Made by a program: the position numbers and the translations under genes | NCBI GenBank assembly: GCA_003559635.1 | Contig: PWKU01000016.1 | Coordinates: 1-45,670, forward strand | From: Candidatus Nealsonbacteria bacterium | GTDB taxonomy: Bacteria; Patescibacteriota; Minisyncoccia; Minisyncoccales; PWPS01 | Direction of reading: 5' to 3' | Length of the DNA: 45,670 nt | In this document: positions 36,205 through 45,529 of the stretch, piece after piece | Numbering within the stretch: the stretch's first letter is position 1 | How the letters are laid out: every line of letters begins with the position of its first letter | The notes under the pieces: generated by a model | What the model was told of the DNA's origin: nothing | Seen by the model: only the letters and a program-made list of their open reading frames with translations | Databases searched by the model: none

Positions 36205-37482
36205 ATGGATGTAAAAATAGAAAATAAGTCAGAAACAAAAAAAGAGATCGAGGTTGTCGTTCCTGTGGATGAAATGGATCCCTATATTGAAAAAGCCGTA
36301 AAAAAGCTTTCCGACGGGATGAATATTAAAGGATTTCGCCCCGGAAAAGCACCGAGAGATGTCGTAGAAAACAGCGTTGGAAAGGAAAAGCTGTATGAAG
36401 AAGCGGGCAGAGAAGCGGTTCAGGAAACATTTCCAAAAATTATTGAGGAAAATAGTCTTTTTACGTTGACCGAACCACAAGTTGATCTTGTTAAGTGCGC
36501 CCCCGGGAATGATCTGATTTACAAAGCGGTTGTTCATATTTTGCCGGAGATTAAACTTCCTGACTACAAGAAATTGTCGGGAGATATTGTTTTGAAAGAA
36601 ACGAAAAAGGCAACAGTTGGAGAGGAGGAGATAGACCAAGCAATAGATAGAATAAGGGAGACAAAAGCGAAGACACAAAGAGCGGAAAGAGGCGCCGAGA
36701 AGGGCGATGCGATTACACTTAACTTTAAGGGAGTATTTGGTGACGATGAGAGTAAGAAAGTTGAAGAGAAGGATTTTAAATTTGTTTTAGGAAAAGGTGA
36801 AATGGATGTGCTAAAAGGGTTTGAAGAAAATATTCTCGGGATGAAAGAGGGAGAGACCAAAAAATTTACTATTCCATTTGCCGGAGAAGAAAAAAAAGAT
36901 ATCAATCTTGATGTTGAAATTATATCCGTAATGGAGAGGATACTGCCGGAGAAGGACGACGATTTTGCAAAAACCTTCCCTGAGATTGAAAGCATGGAAG
37001 GCTTAAGAGAAAAGATTAAAGAGGGTTTGGTTGCGGAAAAAGAAAGGAAAGAAAAAGAAAAACTTAAAGTTAAAGTTTTGGGGAAAATCAGAGAGAAAAC
37101 AAACTTTGAAGTTCCGGAGGTTCTTGTTGAGAAGGAAGTTGATAATATGCTCAAAACAATCGAAAATCAGTTGACCGAAAGAGGTTCCAATCTGGATGCC
37201 TATCTGAAGGAGATAGGGAAAACCGAAGAAGATTTAAGAAAAGAATGGCGCAAGAAAGCGGAAGAAAATGTTTCTTATGCCTTGATTTTACATGCTATTA
37301 GCAAAGAAGAAAATATCGCTGTTACCAAAGAAGAGATTGAGAATGAGGTTGATCGGCATTTTTCAATGACAGGAAGAGAGAAAGAAAAGGAAAAGGGGGA
37401 GAATTTGGAACGAATGCGCAATTATGTCCATGATGTTATTAAAAACCAAAAGGTTTTCCGGGTTCTTTCTATTAGTGAGTAA
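36205..37482 (+). CDS. tig: Trigger factor
   Basis: Ribosome-binding motif GFRPGKAPRDVVE, a central FKBP-like segment and a helical C-domain. I prefer ATG 36205 to the TTG 36199 given in the ORF track. Confidence 0.9.
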   Translation: MDVKIENKSETKKEIEVVVPVDEMDPYIEKAVKKLSDGMNIKGFRPGKAPRDVVENSVGKEKLYEEAGREAVQETFPKIIEENSLFTLTEPQVDLVKCAPGNDLIYKAVVHILPEIKLPDYKKLSGDIVLKETKKATVGEEEIDQAIDRIRETKAKTQRAERGAEKGDAITLNFKGVFGDDESKKVEEKDFKFVLGKGEMDVLKGFEENILGMKEGETKKFTIPFAGEEKKDINLDVEIISVMERILPEKDDDFAKTFPEIESMEGLREKIKEGLVAEKERKEKEKLKVKVLGKIREKTNFEVPEVLVEKEVDNMLKTIENQLTERGSNLDAYLKEIGKTEEDLRKEWRKKAEENVSYALILHAISKEENIAVTKEEIENEVDRHFSMTGREKEKEKGENLERMRNYVHDVIKNQKVFRVLSISE

Positions 37483-37513
37483 AAAAACTGCGGATGCCGT
37501 TTAAGAAACAGGA

Positions 37514-38485
37514 ATGAGGACTATGGATTCAAAAAAACAAAGGCTTCTATTATTTTCCCTTTTGGTGATAGTGGTGCTTTCGGTTAGTGGAATTTTTTTA
37601 TTGCAGAAGAATGATAAAGTATCAGGTGATGAAGATAAGAGTAGTGTTGTTGAAAAAGAAACCTATCCGCGACGCTTAGAAAGTGGTCCCGTTTCACCGG
37701 AAGTTAATGCTACTGCCTCCTTTTCCGCTTACTACGGGGAAGACAATGAAAAGATTTTGTATGAAGAAAATGCTGACGAAGCACTTCCGATTGCAAGTAT
37801 TAGCAAGATAATGACGGCGCTTGTTGTTCTGGAAAATTATGAACTTGGTGAAGAAATGATGGTAACCGAGCATGATGTGGTATCCAGAACAGAATTTCGT
37901 GATTTTAGAGCTTGGCCTCAAACCACTGTTGGGGATATAATCTACCCGATGCTTATCGAATCGAATAATAGTGGTGCCTTCGCACTGGCGTTAATTAGCA
38001 ATCGTTTTTTGGATTCGGGGAAGGAGCCGGTTGAAGAATTTGTTTCTAAAATGAACGAAAAGGCAAAAGAATTAGGCTTGGAGAAGACAGTGTTTATCAA
38101 TCCCAGCGGCCTTGACGGGGAGGAAAGATACAACAGATCATCGGCGAGAGAAATTGCGGATTTTGCAAAGCATGTTTTTGAAAACAAACCAGAAATTTTT
38201 GAGATTTTAAGAAGGCCTTCTTACAGGCTATACTCACCTGATAGAATGGCCTACTATGATGCGATAAATACAAATTCTTTTTTGCATCATAACGAAGAAG
38301 AATGGCAGGAAGACATTATTGGTGGAAAAACGGGGTGGACGCGCGCCGCGTTCGGATGCCTCTTAATTGTTCTCGAAGCGCCGGACGAAAAAGGTTACAT
38401 TATTAATGTTGTTCTCGGGGCTGAAGATAGGTTTGAGGAGATGAGAAGGCTTATCAATTTTGTTTACGATTCTTATGTTTTTTAA
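37514..38485 (+). CDS. D-alanyl-D-alanine carboxypeptidase (peptidase S11, low-molecular-weight PBP)
   Basis: SISKIMT (SxxK), ESNNSGA (SxN), GKTGWT (KTG), with an N-terminal TM/signal anchor. Confidence 0.85.
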   Translation: MRTMDSKKQRLLLFSLLVIVVLSVSGIFLLQKNDKVSGDEDKSSVVEKETYPRRLESGPVSPEVNATASFSAYYGEDNEKILYEENADEALPIASISKIMTALVVLENYELGEEMMVTEHDVVSRTEFRDFRAWPQTTVGDIIYPMLIESNNSGAFALALISNRFLDSGKEPVEEFVSKMNEKAKELGLEKTVFINPSGLDGEERYNRSSAREIADFAKHVFENKPEIFEILRRPSYRLYSPDRMAYYDAINTNSFLHHNEEEWQEDIIGGKTGWTRAAFGCLLIVLEAPDEKGYIINVVLGAEDRFEEMRRLINFVYDSYVF

Positions 38486-38487
38486 TC

Positions 38488-39555
38488 ATGGAAGAGACAA
38501 CAATTAATGTAATAAAAGTTTTTGCCGTAGGGATTTTTTCCTTTCTTTTCGCTTTTTTAATTACGCCGGCTCTAACGGATTTTCTTTATAAACACAAACT
38601 TTGGAAAAAGAAATCCAAAGAGAAGGGAATTGATGGAAAAGATATTGAACATTTTCGAAAAACACATTCGGAGAGAGAAGCGAAAGTACCGCGAATCGGG
38701 GGTTTGCTTATCTGGCTTTCGGTTGTTTTTTTAATTTTTTTCTTTTACTTGTTGTCGGCTATTTTTGATTATTATTGGCTTGAAAAACTAAACTTCTTGA
38801 GCCGTGATCAGACATGGTTGCCACTTTTTACCCTGGTTTCAGCTGCTTTAGTCGGTCTTACAGATGATCTTTTACAGATTGTAGATAAGATGAAGACAAA
38901 GTATATTGAAAACGGTCTCAGTCTTCGTTACAGACTTCTTCTTGTTACATTGATCGGGCTGGTGGGTTCATGGTGGTTTTATTTTCGACTGGATCAGAGC
39001 TCCGTCTATGTACCGTTTGCAGGGGAAATATTTTTTGGAGCATTTTACATCCCGTTATTTATAATTGTAATGATAGCCGTCTACAGTGGGGGAGTGATAG
39101 ATGGAATAGACGGTCTTTCAGGAGGAACATTTGCCTTAATTTTTACAGCCTATACCGCAATTGCTCTTTTCCAGGGGCAAATTAATCTGGCTACGTTTTG
39201 CTTGGCAATTGTTGGAAGTATTCTGGCATTTTTATGGTTTAATATTCCGCCGGCAAGATTCTATATGGGGGAAACCGGGGTAATTGGCCTCACAGCAACA
39301 CTTACCGTGGTAGCGTTTTTAACGAATGCGGTTTTTGTTTTGCCAATAATTGCAATTTTGCTTGTTGTAACATCAGCCTCGGTAATTATTCAATTACTGT
39401 CAAAGAAACTCTTTAATAGGAAAGTTTTTTTAGCGGCCCCTCTTCATCACCATTTTGAAGCAAAAGGGTGGCCTCATTATAAAATAACAATGCGTTTTTG
39501 GATAATAGGCGTTGTAGCTGCTATTTTTGGCGTGGTTATTCATTTTTTAAGTTAG
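38488..39555 (+). CDS. mraY: Phospho-N-acetylmuramoyl-pentapeptide transferase
   Basis: Polytopic membrane protein with GLTDDLLQI, VIDGIDGLSGG and AAPLHHHFE blocks. Confidence 0.9.
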   Translation: MEETTINVIKVFAVGIFSFLFAFLITPALTDFLYKHKLWKKKSKEKGIDGKDIEHFRKTHSEREAKVPRIGGLLIWLSVVFLIFFFYLLSAIFDYYWLEKLNFLSRDQTWLPLFTLVSAALVGLTDDLLQIVDKMKTKYIENGLSLRYRLLLVTLIGLVGSWWFYFRLDQSSVYVPFAGEIFFGAFYIPLFIIVMIAVYSGGVIDGIDGLSGGTFALIFTAYTAIALFQGQINLATFCLAIVGSILAFLWFNIPPARFYMGETGVIGLTATLTVVAFLTNAVFVLPIIAILLVVTSASVIIQLLSKKLFNRKVFLAAPLHHHFEAKGWPHYKITMRFWIIGVVAAIFGVVIHFLS

Positions 39556-39561
39556 GAAGAT

Positions 39562-40800
39562 ATGCATGTCTCTAAGCTGCAAGACAAAAAAATACTTATA
39601 CTTGGCCTTGGAGAAGAGGGGATTGATAGCCTCCGGTTTTTCAAAAACAACATTCGGTATAAAAAGCTGGGTGTGGCCGATAGTTTACCTTTTGACGATA
39701 TTCCGGATGAAAAAAGAAGATATTTAACAAAAGAAGTTGATTTGCATTTTGGTGAGAAATACCTTTTAGCGGTGAAAGATTACGAGATAATTGTAAAATC
39801 GCCGGGAATTCCACTTCATTGCTTGAAAAAAGATAAGTGGCAAATTATCACTTCGCAAAGTGATATTTTTCTCTCAAATTGCAAAAAAAACGTGATTGGA
39901 GTTACCGGCACAAAAGGGAAAAGTACCACTTGCACAATTCTTTACGAAACATTGAATTTGGCCGGAATTAAGGTGGCTCTTGTGGGGAATATCGGCAGAC
40001 CGGCTCTTTCTTATCTTTTGCAGGAAAGAAAATATGATTATTTTATCTATGAGCTTTCGAGCTTCCAGCTCCAAACAATTAGAAAAAGTCCGCACATAGC
40101 AGTTCTGCTAAATATTTTTAAAGACCACCTTGACAAACACAGTAACTTTGACGAGTACATTGCTTCAAAGGAAAAGATTACAGCTTTTCAGGAAAAAGAA
40201 GACTATTTTGTGTATAATAAGGATGACGGGTTTGTAAAAAAAATTTCGGAGAAAACCAAGGCAAAAAAAGTGCCCTTTGATTACACAGACCCACTAAACC
40301 CTATTCTGTCAGTAATGAATATTTTAAAAATAGAAAAAGATTATTTGATCAAAGCTCTTCGAGATTTTAAGGGACTTCCTCATCGGTTGGAATATATCGG
40401 AGAATTTAAGGGTATTCTTTTCTATAACGATTCCGCGTCAACAATTCCGGAGGCGACTGTAAAAGCGCTAAAAGAGATAAAAAAAATTCAGACACTTATT
40501 TTGGGAGGGAGTGACAAAGGGGGTAATATTGAAAAACTTATTGATGCTATAAAAGAAAGTAAAGTTGAGAATATTGTTATATTAAAAGGAACAGAAGAGA
40601 GGGTGGGGAAAGAATTAAAAAAACACGGAAAGAAAGTATTTCCGGCAGCGGACATGAAAAGCGCGGTTGATTTTGCTTTTGAAAACACTAATCGAGGGAA
40701 TGCATGCGTTCTCTCTCCCGGATTTACTAGTTTTAATATGTTTAACAATTATAAAGAAAGGGGAGTAATTTTTACCAATCTGGTGCAAAATAAGAAATGA
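39562..40800 (+). CDS. murD: UDP-N-acetylmuramoylalanine--D-glutamate ligase
   Basis: GVTGTKGKSTT P-loop and GLPHRLEYIG. Located between mraY and ftsW. Confidence 0.9.
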   Translation: MHVSKLQDKKILILGLGEEGIDSLRFFKNNIRYKKLGVADSLPFDDIPDEKRRYLTKEVDLHFGEKYLLAVKDYEIIVKSPGIPLHCLKKDKWQIITSQSDIFLSNCKKNVIGVTGTKGKSTTCTILYETLNLAGIKVALVGNIGRPALSYLLQERKYDYFIYELSSFQLQTIRKSPHIAVLLNIFKDHLDKHSNFDEYIASKEKITAFQEKEDYFVYNKDDGFVKKISEKTKAKKVPFDYTDPLNPILSVMNILKIEKDYLIKALRDFKGLPHRLEYIGEFKGILFYNDSASTIPEATVKALKEIKKIQTLILGGSDKGGNIEKLIDAIKESKVENIVILKGTEERVGKELKKHGKKVFPAADMKSAVDFAFENTNRGNACVLSPGFTSFNMFNNYKERGVIFTNLVQNKK

Positions 40801-41888
40801 AGAAAAAGAAGCCGGATCATATTCTACTACTCGTAACGGGAATGATTATTTTTCTGGGTCTTTTTGTTTTAGCGAGTGCCGCTTCGGTTGGTTCTGATGT
40901 CCGTTTTTTGCAGCAAGTTCTTCTGGGTTTTGTCCCGGGAGCCTTTATTGCATTTATTTTGTTTAAAACCCCGCTCTCCGTTATCCAAAAATGGGCTCCC
41001 TATGCCCTGTTGCTAAACATATTTTTTCTTTTGTTAACTTTCGTGCCTTTTCTGTCGGTAGCCGCGAGGGGCGCTACAAGGTGGGTTTCTTTAGGGCCGA
41101 TCTCTTTTCAACCAACAGAGTTTCTGAAACTTACTTTTATCTTATATCTCGCAAGTTGGCTGATAAACAAAACAAAAACAGGGAGGAGGAAAGTGTCTAT
41201 GCCCTTCAAAGAGACACTTTTGCCTTTTTTGGTTGTTGCATTGCTGGTAGGGGGGATGCTGGTGCTTCAACCTGACATTAGTACGTTGGTGATTATTCTC
41301 TTTACCGCTTGCGTAGTTTATTTTTCTGCGAAAACCCCGCTTTGGCACAGTTTTGTTATTTTGTTTTCCGGGCTTGCGAGCTTTGCTTTGTTGATAAGGT
41401 TGGCACCCTATAGATTAAGCAGGATTATTAGCATGTTTAATCCTGACTTGGATCCGCTGGGAGGCACATACCAGCTTAGACAAATTCTTATTGCGGTCGG
41501 ATCAGGAGGTATTTTGGGGAGGGGAATAGGAATGAGTGTTCAAAAATTCGGGTTTGTTCCTCTTCCGTCAACCGATTCTATTTTTGCGATTTTGGCGGAA
41601 GAAACAGGCTTCTTAGGAAGCATTTTGCTACTTACATTGTTCTTTATTTTCTTCTACAGAGGGTTCTTAATTGCAAAAAACAATACCAGCGGATTTGCCC
41701 GTCTTGCTACTCTCGGAATTTGTTTCTGGATTTTTATACAAACTTCTATTAATATTGGAGTAATGGTGGGACTTCTTCCCGTAACGGGAATACCGCTTCC
41801 TTTGATAAGTTACGGCAAGTCCCATTTAATTGCCGAGCTTGCGGCAATCGGCTTGTTGCTTAATATGTCGCAGTATACGAGAAAATAA
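40797..41888 (+). CDS. ftsW: SEDS-family peptidoglycan glycosyltransferase FtsW/RodA
   Basis: About 10 TM helices, FQPTEFLKL, SGGILGRGIG, PLPLISYGKS. ATGA overlap with murD. Confidence 0.85.
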   Translation: MKKKKPDHILLLVTGMIIFLGLFVLASAASVGSDVRFLQQVLLGFVPGAFIAFILFKTPLSVIQKWAPYALLLNIFFLLLTFVPFLSVAARGATRWVSLGPISFQPTEFLKLTFILYLASWLINKTKTGRRKVSMPFKETLLPFLVVALLVGGMLVLQPDISTLVIILFTACVVYFSAKTPLWHSFVILFSGLASFALLIRLAPYRLSRIISMFNPDLDPLGGTYQLRQILIAVGSGGILGRGIGMSVQKFGFVPLPSTDSIFAILAEETGFLGSILLLTLFFIFFYRGFLIAKNNTSGFARLATLGICFWIFIQTSINIGVMVGLLPVTGIPLPLISYGKSHLIAELAAIGLLLNMSQYTRK

Positions 41889-41894
41889 ATATAT

Positions 41895-43061
41895 ATGGAA
41901 AAAAACAAAAAACACAAAATCGTATTTACGGGCGGTGGAACCGGTGGCCATGTGTTTCCGCTTGTTTCTGTTATTCGAGAAATAAAGAAAATTATTCCTC
42001 CGGAAGAATTGGAGATTTATTATATCGGACCAAAAGATGACTTTTCTAAAAACTATATAGAGAAAGAGGGGGTCAAAATAAAATATATTTACACAGGGAA
42101 AGTTAGGAGATATTTTCACCCCAAAGCCTTAATGCAAAATTTATTGGATATATTTTTCAAAATGCCGGCCGGTATTATTCAATCATTTTTCTATCTTTAT
42201 ATTTTTTCGCCGGATCTTGTTTTTGGAAAAGGAGGCTACGGTTCTTTTCCGGTAATTTTAATGGCAAGAGTTTTTCAAACGCCGGTTATTCTTCATGAGT
42301 CCGATGTGGTAATGGGAGCTGCGAATGAATTTTTGCAAAAGTTTTCAGCAGAAGTGTTTGTTTCTTTTCCGAAAACGGAAAAAATTGCAGAAGGAAAAAT
42401 GTTTGTTGTCGGAAATCCGGTAAGAAAAGAAATTCTGCAAGGAGATAAAGAAAAAGCAAAGAATGTTTTTGGATTGAACGAAGAAGGACCGGTGGTTTTA
42501 ATACTTGGCGGGTCTCAGGGAAGTGAGAGAATTAACGATCTTTTTCTTTCTTCGGCAACGGGCTTTTTACAAAATTACCAAGTTTTACACCAATGCGGAA
42601 AGAATAATTTTAAGAGCGTTTCGGCAGAGATGAATGCGGTGGTCAAAGAGGATTTACGAAAAAATTATCGGGTATATCCGTTCTTTAACGAGGAAGAGTT
42701 GGCCAATGCATATGCTCTTGCCGATATTGTGATAAGTAGGGCAGGGTCTGCAAGTATTTTTGAAATTTCCGCGGTTTCTCGAGCCGGAATTTTTCTTCCG
42801 CTTCCCGAAGCGGCACAAAACCACCAGGTGAAAAATGCTTATGCGTACTCTTCAACGGGAGCGGCGATTGTTCTAGAGCAGGATAACCTTACATCGCACT
42901 TCTTTTTAGAAAAAGTAAAGGAACTTTTTTCTCCCATTAAGCAGATTAGAATTATGGAAGATAGAGCAAAGCATTTTTCAAAGCCAAGGGCGGGAATGGT
43001 AATTGCTTCTTATATTAAAGAGTACCTTATTCGTGAGGAAAATGGACCAAGTGAAGGATAA
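41895..43061 (+). CDS. murG: Undecaprenyldiphospho-muramoylpentapeptide beta-N-acetylglucosaminyltransferase
   Basis: FTGGGTGGHVFP, ILGGSQGSERIN, ISRAGSASIFE. Confidence 0.9.
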   Translation: MEKNKKHKIVFTGGGTGGHVFPLVSVIREIKKIIPPEELEIYYIGPKDDFSKNYIEKEGVKIKYIYTGKVRRYFHPKALMQNLLDIFFKMPAGIIQSFFYLYIFSPDLVFGKGGYGSFPVILMARVFQTPVILHESDVVMGAANEFLQKFSAEVFVSFPKTEKIAEGKMFVVGNPVRKEILQGDKEKAKNVFGLNEEGPVVLILGGSQGSERINDLFLSSATGFLQNYQVLHQCGKNNFKSVSAEMNAVVKEDLRKNYRVYPFFNEEELANAYALADIVISRAGSASIFEISAVSRAGIFLPLPEAAQNHQVKNAYAYSSTGAAIVLEQDNLTSHFFLEKVKELFSPIKQIRIMEDRAKHFSKPRAGMVIASYIKEYLIREENGPSEG

Positions 43062-43198
43062 CGCGGAGCATGTTATTTGCTTTTTATAAATTTTGTAGTA
43101 TAGTGTAGATTATCCGAAGAAATATGAGGCTGGACAATTAAAAATAGAGAAAAAAGGAGGGTAAGGAGAAGACAATTCAAAAAGAAAGGGGAATTGTG

Positions 43199-43498
43199 AT
43201 GAGAATGGAAAGAGTCACTAAGAAAGAATTGGAAAACTTGAAAGAAAAAGTTCTCGAGCTTGGGACGACCGACCCCAAAAGAGCCGCGGCTCACGCGTAT
43301 GCTCTTGCCGTGCACTATAAGAAAAGAGGAGAGTCGCAATACATGGTTACATACGCAAAAAAAGCGGTAGAGCTTCTCGAGAAGCTTTCATCGGAGAAAC
43401 TGGTGGGGTGCGCGATGAACGAAAAGAGTTGCATCGAGGGAGTAACCATTCCACCTATCTTAAGCGCTAGGATGATAAAAACAAAGTTTAAGATTTGA
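43199..43498 (+). CDS. Hypothetical small helical protein
   Basis: Intact ORF preceded by AAAGGGG 7 nt upstream of ATG 43199 and followed by a strong terminator. I recognise no family. Confidence 0.5.
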   Translation: MRMERVTKKELENLKEKVLELGTTDPKRAAAHAYALAVHYKKRGESQYMVTYAKKAVELLEKLSSEKLVGCAMNEKSCIEGVTIPPILSARMIKTKFKI

Positions 43499-43530
43499 TA
43501 TTTTTATCTAAGTCTTCTTCCGAAAGCATG

Positions 43531-43570
43531 GCCCTGTCGCAAAATATAATATATTGTGGCAGGGCTTTTT
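43531..43570 (+). terminator. Rho-independent terminator
   Basis: GCCCTGTCGCAA (43531-43542) pairs with TTGTGGCAGGGC (43554-43565), giving 12 bp that include G-U pairs, followed by TTTTT. Confidence 0.65.
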
Positions 43571-43580
43571 ATTTTCAATC

Positions 43581-43609
43581 TTGGATTTTTTTATAAATTA
43601 AGATAGAAT
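43581..43609 (+). promoter_or_regulatory. Putative promoter of gltX; spacing suggests a leaderless or near-leaderless mRNA
   Basis: TTGGAT (43581-43586), 17 nt, TAGAAT (43604-43609), then 8 nt to the ATG at 43618. Confidence 0.45.
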
Positions 43610-43617
43610 AAGACCAT

Positions 43618-45147
43618 ATGGAAAAGAAAGATAAAAAAAATGTTCGTGTAAGATTTGCTCCGTCACCAACGGGCTTGTTTCATGTTGGTAGTGCCAGAAC
43701 AGCACTTTTTAACTATCTCTACGCGAAAAAAAATAAAGGGAAAGTTATTTTACGCATCGAAGATACTGATAGAGAAAGGTCTGTAAAGGAATACGAGGAA
43801 GATATTATGCGAAGTATAGAATGGCTGGGCTTGGGTTGGGATGAAGGGCCTTTTCGGCAAAGCGAGAGAGAGGAAATATATAAAAAATATGTCATGGATC
43901 TTCTTGAAAGCAAAAAGGCATATTACTGTTTTTGTAACAAAGAAAGGCTTGAAGAAATGAGGAATGAGCAAAGAGAGAAGAAGGAGCCTCCAAGGTATGA
44001 CGGAAAGTGTTTTTCTTTAACTAAAGAGAAAAGGGAGGAAAAAATTAATAAAGGGGAGCAGTTTACAATTCGGCTTAAAATCTCGGAGGAGGATGTAGTG
44101 GAGTTCGATGATTTAATAAGGGGCCCGGTGAAATTTAACGCGAGAGACATCGGCGGGGATTTTGTTATTGCCAAGGGAGATTTCTCCGTTCTATATAATT
44201 TTGCCTGCGTAATAGATGATTATGAGATGCAGATAACACATGTTATTCGAGGAGAAGACCATATTTCAAATACGCCCAAACAGATATTAATTCAAAAAGC
44301 GCTGGACTTTCCCTCCTCGGAATTTGCACATATAGCACTAACTCTCGGCACAGACAAGAGTAAGCTTAGTAAGCGTCACGGAGCTGTTTCTATCTCTGAA
44401 TATCGAGAAAAAGGTTATCTCCCCGAAGCGCTTGTTAACTTTATAGCTCTTTTGGGATGGCACCCGGGAGGTGAAAATGAAATTTACGGATTGGGAGAAC
44501 TTATTGAAAAATTTTCGTTATCTGATTGTCAAAAATCGGGAGCGGTTTTTGACATTAAAAAATTAGATTATATGAACGGATGCTATATCAGAAAGATGAG
44601 CACCGAGGATCTGGCTGTTAGGTGCATTCCTTATCTCGCAGATGCGGGTTTTATAAAAGTGGGATTTAAAGAAAACCGTTATCCGCCGGCATACGGAGGC
44701 GTGAGGCCGGAAGCTAATTATTATACGACGGATGAAGGAGAGATACATTTCCCTAAAATTGTGCAAATAGTATCCTTATACCAAGAGAGAATTAAATTTC
44801 TTTCGGAAGTTAAGGATCTCTTAGATTATTTTTTCAAAGATGAGCTTGAATTTGAAAAAGAGCTTCTTTTTTGGAAGGATGCAGGAGAGGGAGAAACAGA
44901 AAAAAATATCGACAAATGTATTGAAATAGTTTCATCGATAGAAAAATGGGAAAAAGTAGCAATCGAGGAAGTCTTTCTCCACGAGGCCAACAAAGAGAAG
45001 GACAGAGGAAGGCTTCTGTGGCCGTTAAGAGTGGCCTTAACCGGCAAAAAGGCATCTGCCGGGCCTTTTGACGTTGCATGGGTATTAGGACCGGAAAAGA
45101 CATTAAAACGCCTTAAAATGGCAAAAAACAGGCTAAAAACAGAGTAA
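43618..45147 (+). CDS. gltX: Glutamyl-tRNA synthetase
   Basis: RFAPSPTGLFHVGSARTALFNY (HIGH-type), KLSKRHG (KMSKS-type), the Cys-rich insertion YYCFCNK...YDGKC and a C-terminal anticodon-binding domain. Confidence 0.9.
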   Translation: MEKKDKKNVRVRFAPSPTGLFHVGSARTALFNYLYAKKNKGKVILRIEDTDRERSVKEYEEDIMRSIEWLGLGWDEGPFRQSEREEIYKKYVMDLLESKKAYYCFCNKERLEEMRNEQREKKEPPRYDGKCFSLTKEKREEKINKGEQFTIRLKISEEDVVEFDDLIRGPVKFNARDIGGDFVIAKGDFSVLYNFACVIDDYEMQITHVIRGEDHISNTPKQILIQKALDFPSSEFAHIALTLGTDKSKLSKRHGAVSISEYREKGYLPEALVNFIALLGWHPGGENEIYGLGELIEKFSLSDCQKSGAVFDIKKLDYMNGCYIRKMSTEDLAVRCIPYLADAGFIKVGFKENRYPPAYGGVRPEANYYTTDEGEIHFPKIVQIVSLYQERIKFLSEVKDLLDYFFKDELEFEKELLFWKDAGEGETEKNIDKCIEIVSSIEKWEKVAIEEVFLHEANKEKDRGRLLWPLRVALTGKKASAGPFDVAWVLGPEKTLKRLKMAKNRLKTE

Positions 45148-45168
45148 AACGGCCTGAGATAGGGGAAT

Positions 45169-45474
45169 ATGCTAAAAAAAGTGATTATTGTATTAATTGT
45201 CGGCTCTTTAGTGTATTTTGTATTTAATTTCCTAAAATCGGGAGAAGAGTCAGTTACGGGATACTTTAGAGAAAAGGTGCTTATGATAACTGAAGCACCC
45301 AAAGAAACAGGCAAGGAGTTTTTAGACGAAAGAAGAGAGGCGGTTGAGAGTGAAATAGAAAAAGAGAAAGAAAAAGCCGGAGAAAAGATAAAAGAAACCG
45401 GAAGAAGCTTATGGCAAAGCCTGGGAGATTATATTTTTAATTTGGTAGGTAATAAAAATAGTGATGAACAGTAA
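45169..45474 (+). CDS. Small single-pass membrane protein with an E/K-rich tail
   Basis: TM helix VIIVLIVGSLVYFVFNF followed by a charged helical tail. No family recognised. Confidence 0.45.
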   Translation: MLKKVIIVLIVGSLVYFVFNFLKSGEESVTGYFREKVLMITEAPKETGKEFLDERREAVESEIEKEKEKAGEKIKETGRSLWQSLGDYIFNLVGNKNSDEQ

Positions 45475-45500
45475 CAAGAGGGACCCATTAGAGAGGGATA

Positions 45501-45529
45501 TTGACAAAGGGAGATAGATGGACTATACT
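45501..45529 (+). promoter_or_regulatory. Near-consensus sigma-70 promoter facing the right window edge
   Basis: TTGACA (45501-45506), exactly 17 nt, TATACT (45524-45529). Confidence 0.6.

Noticed and set aside
36564-37154. A 196 aa minus-strand Ser/Phe-rich ORF antisense to tig (also 36229-36678)
   Set aside because: This is the mirror of Lys/Glu-rich coding sequence, and tig is unambiguous on the + strand.
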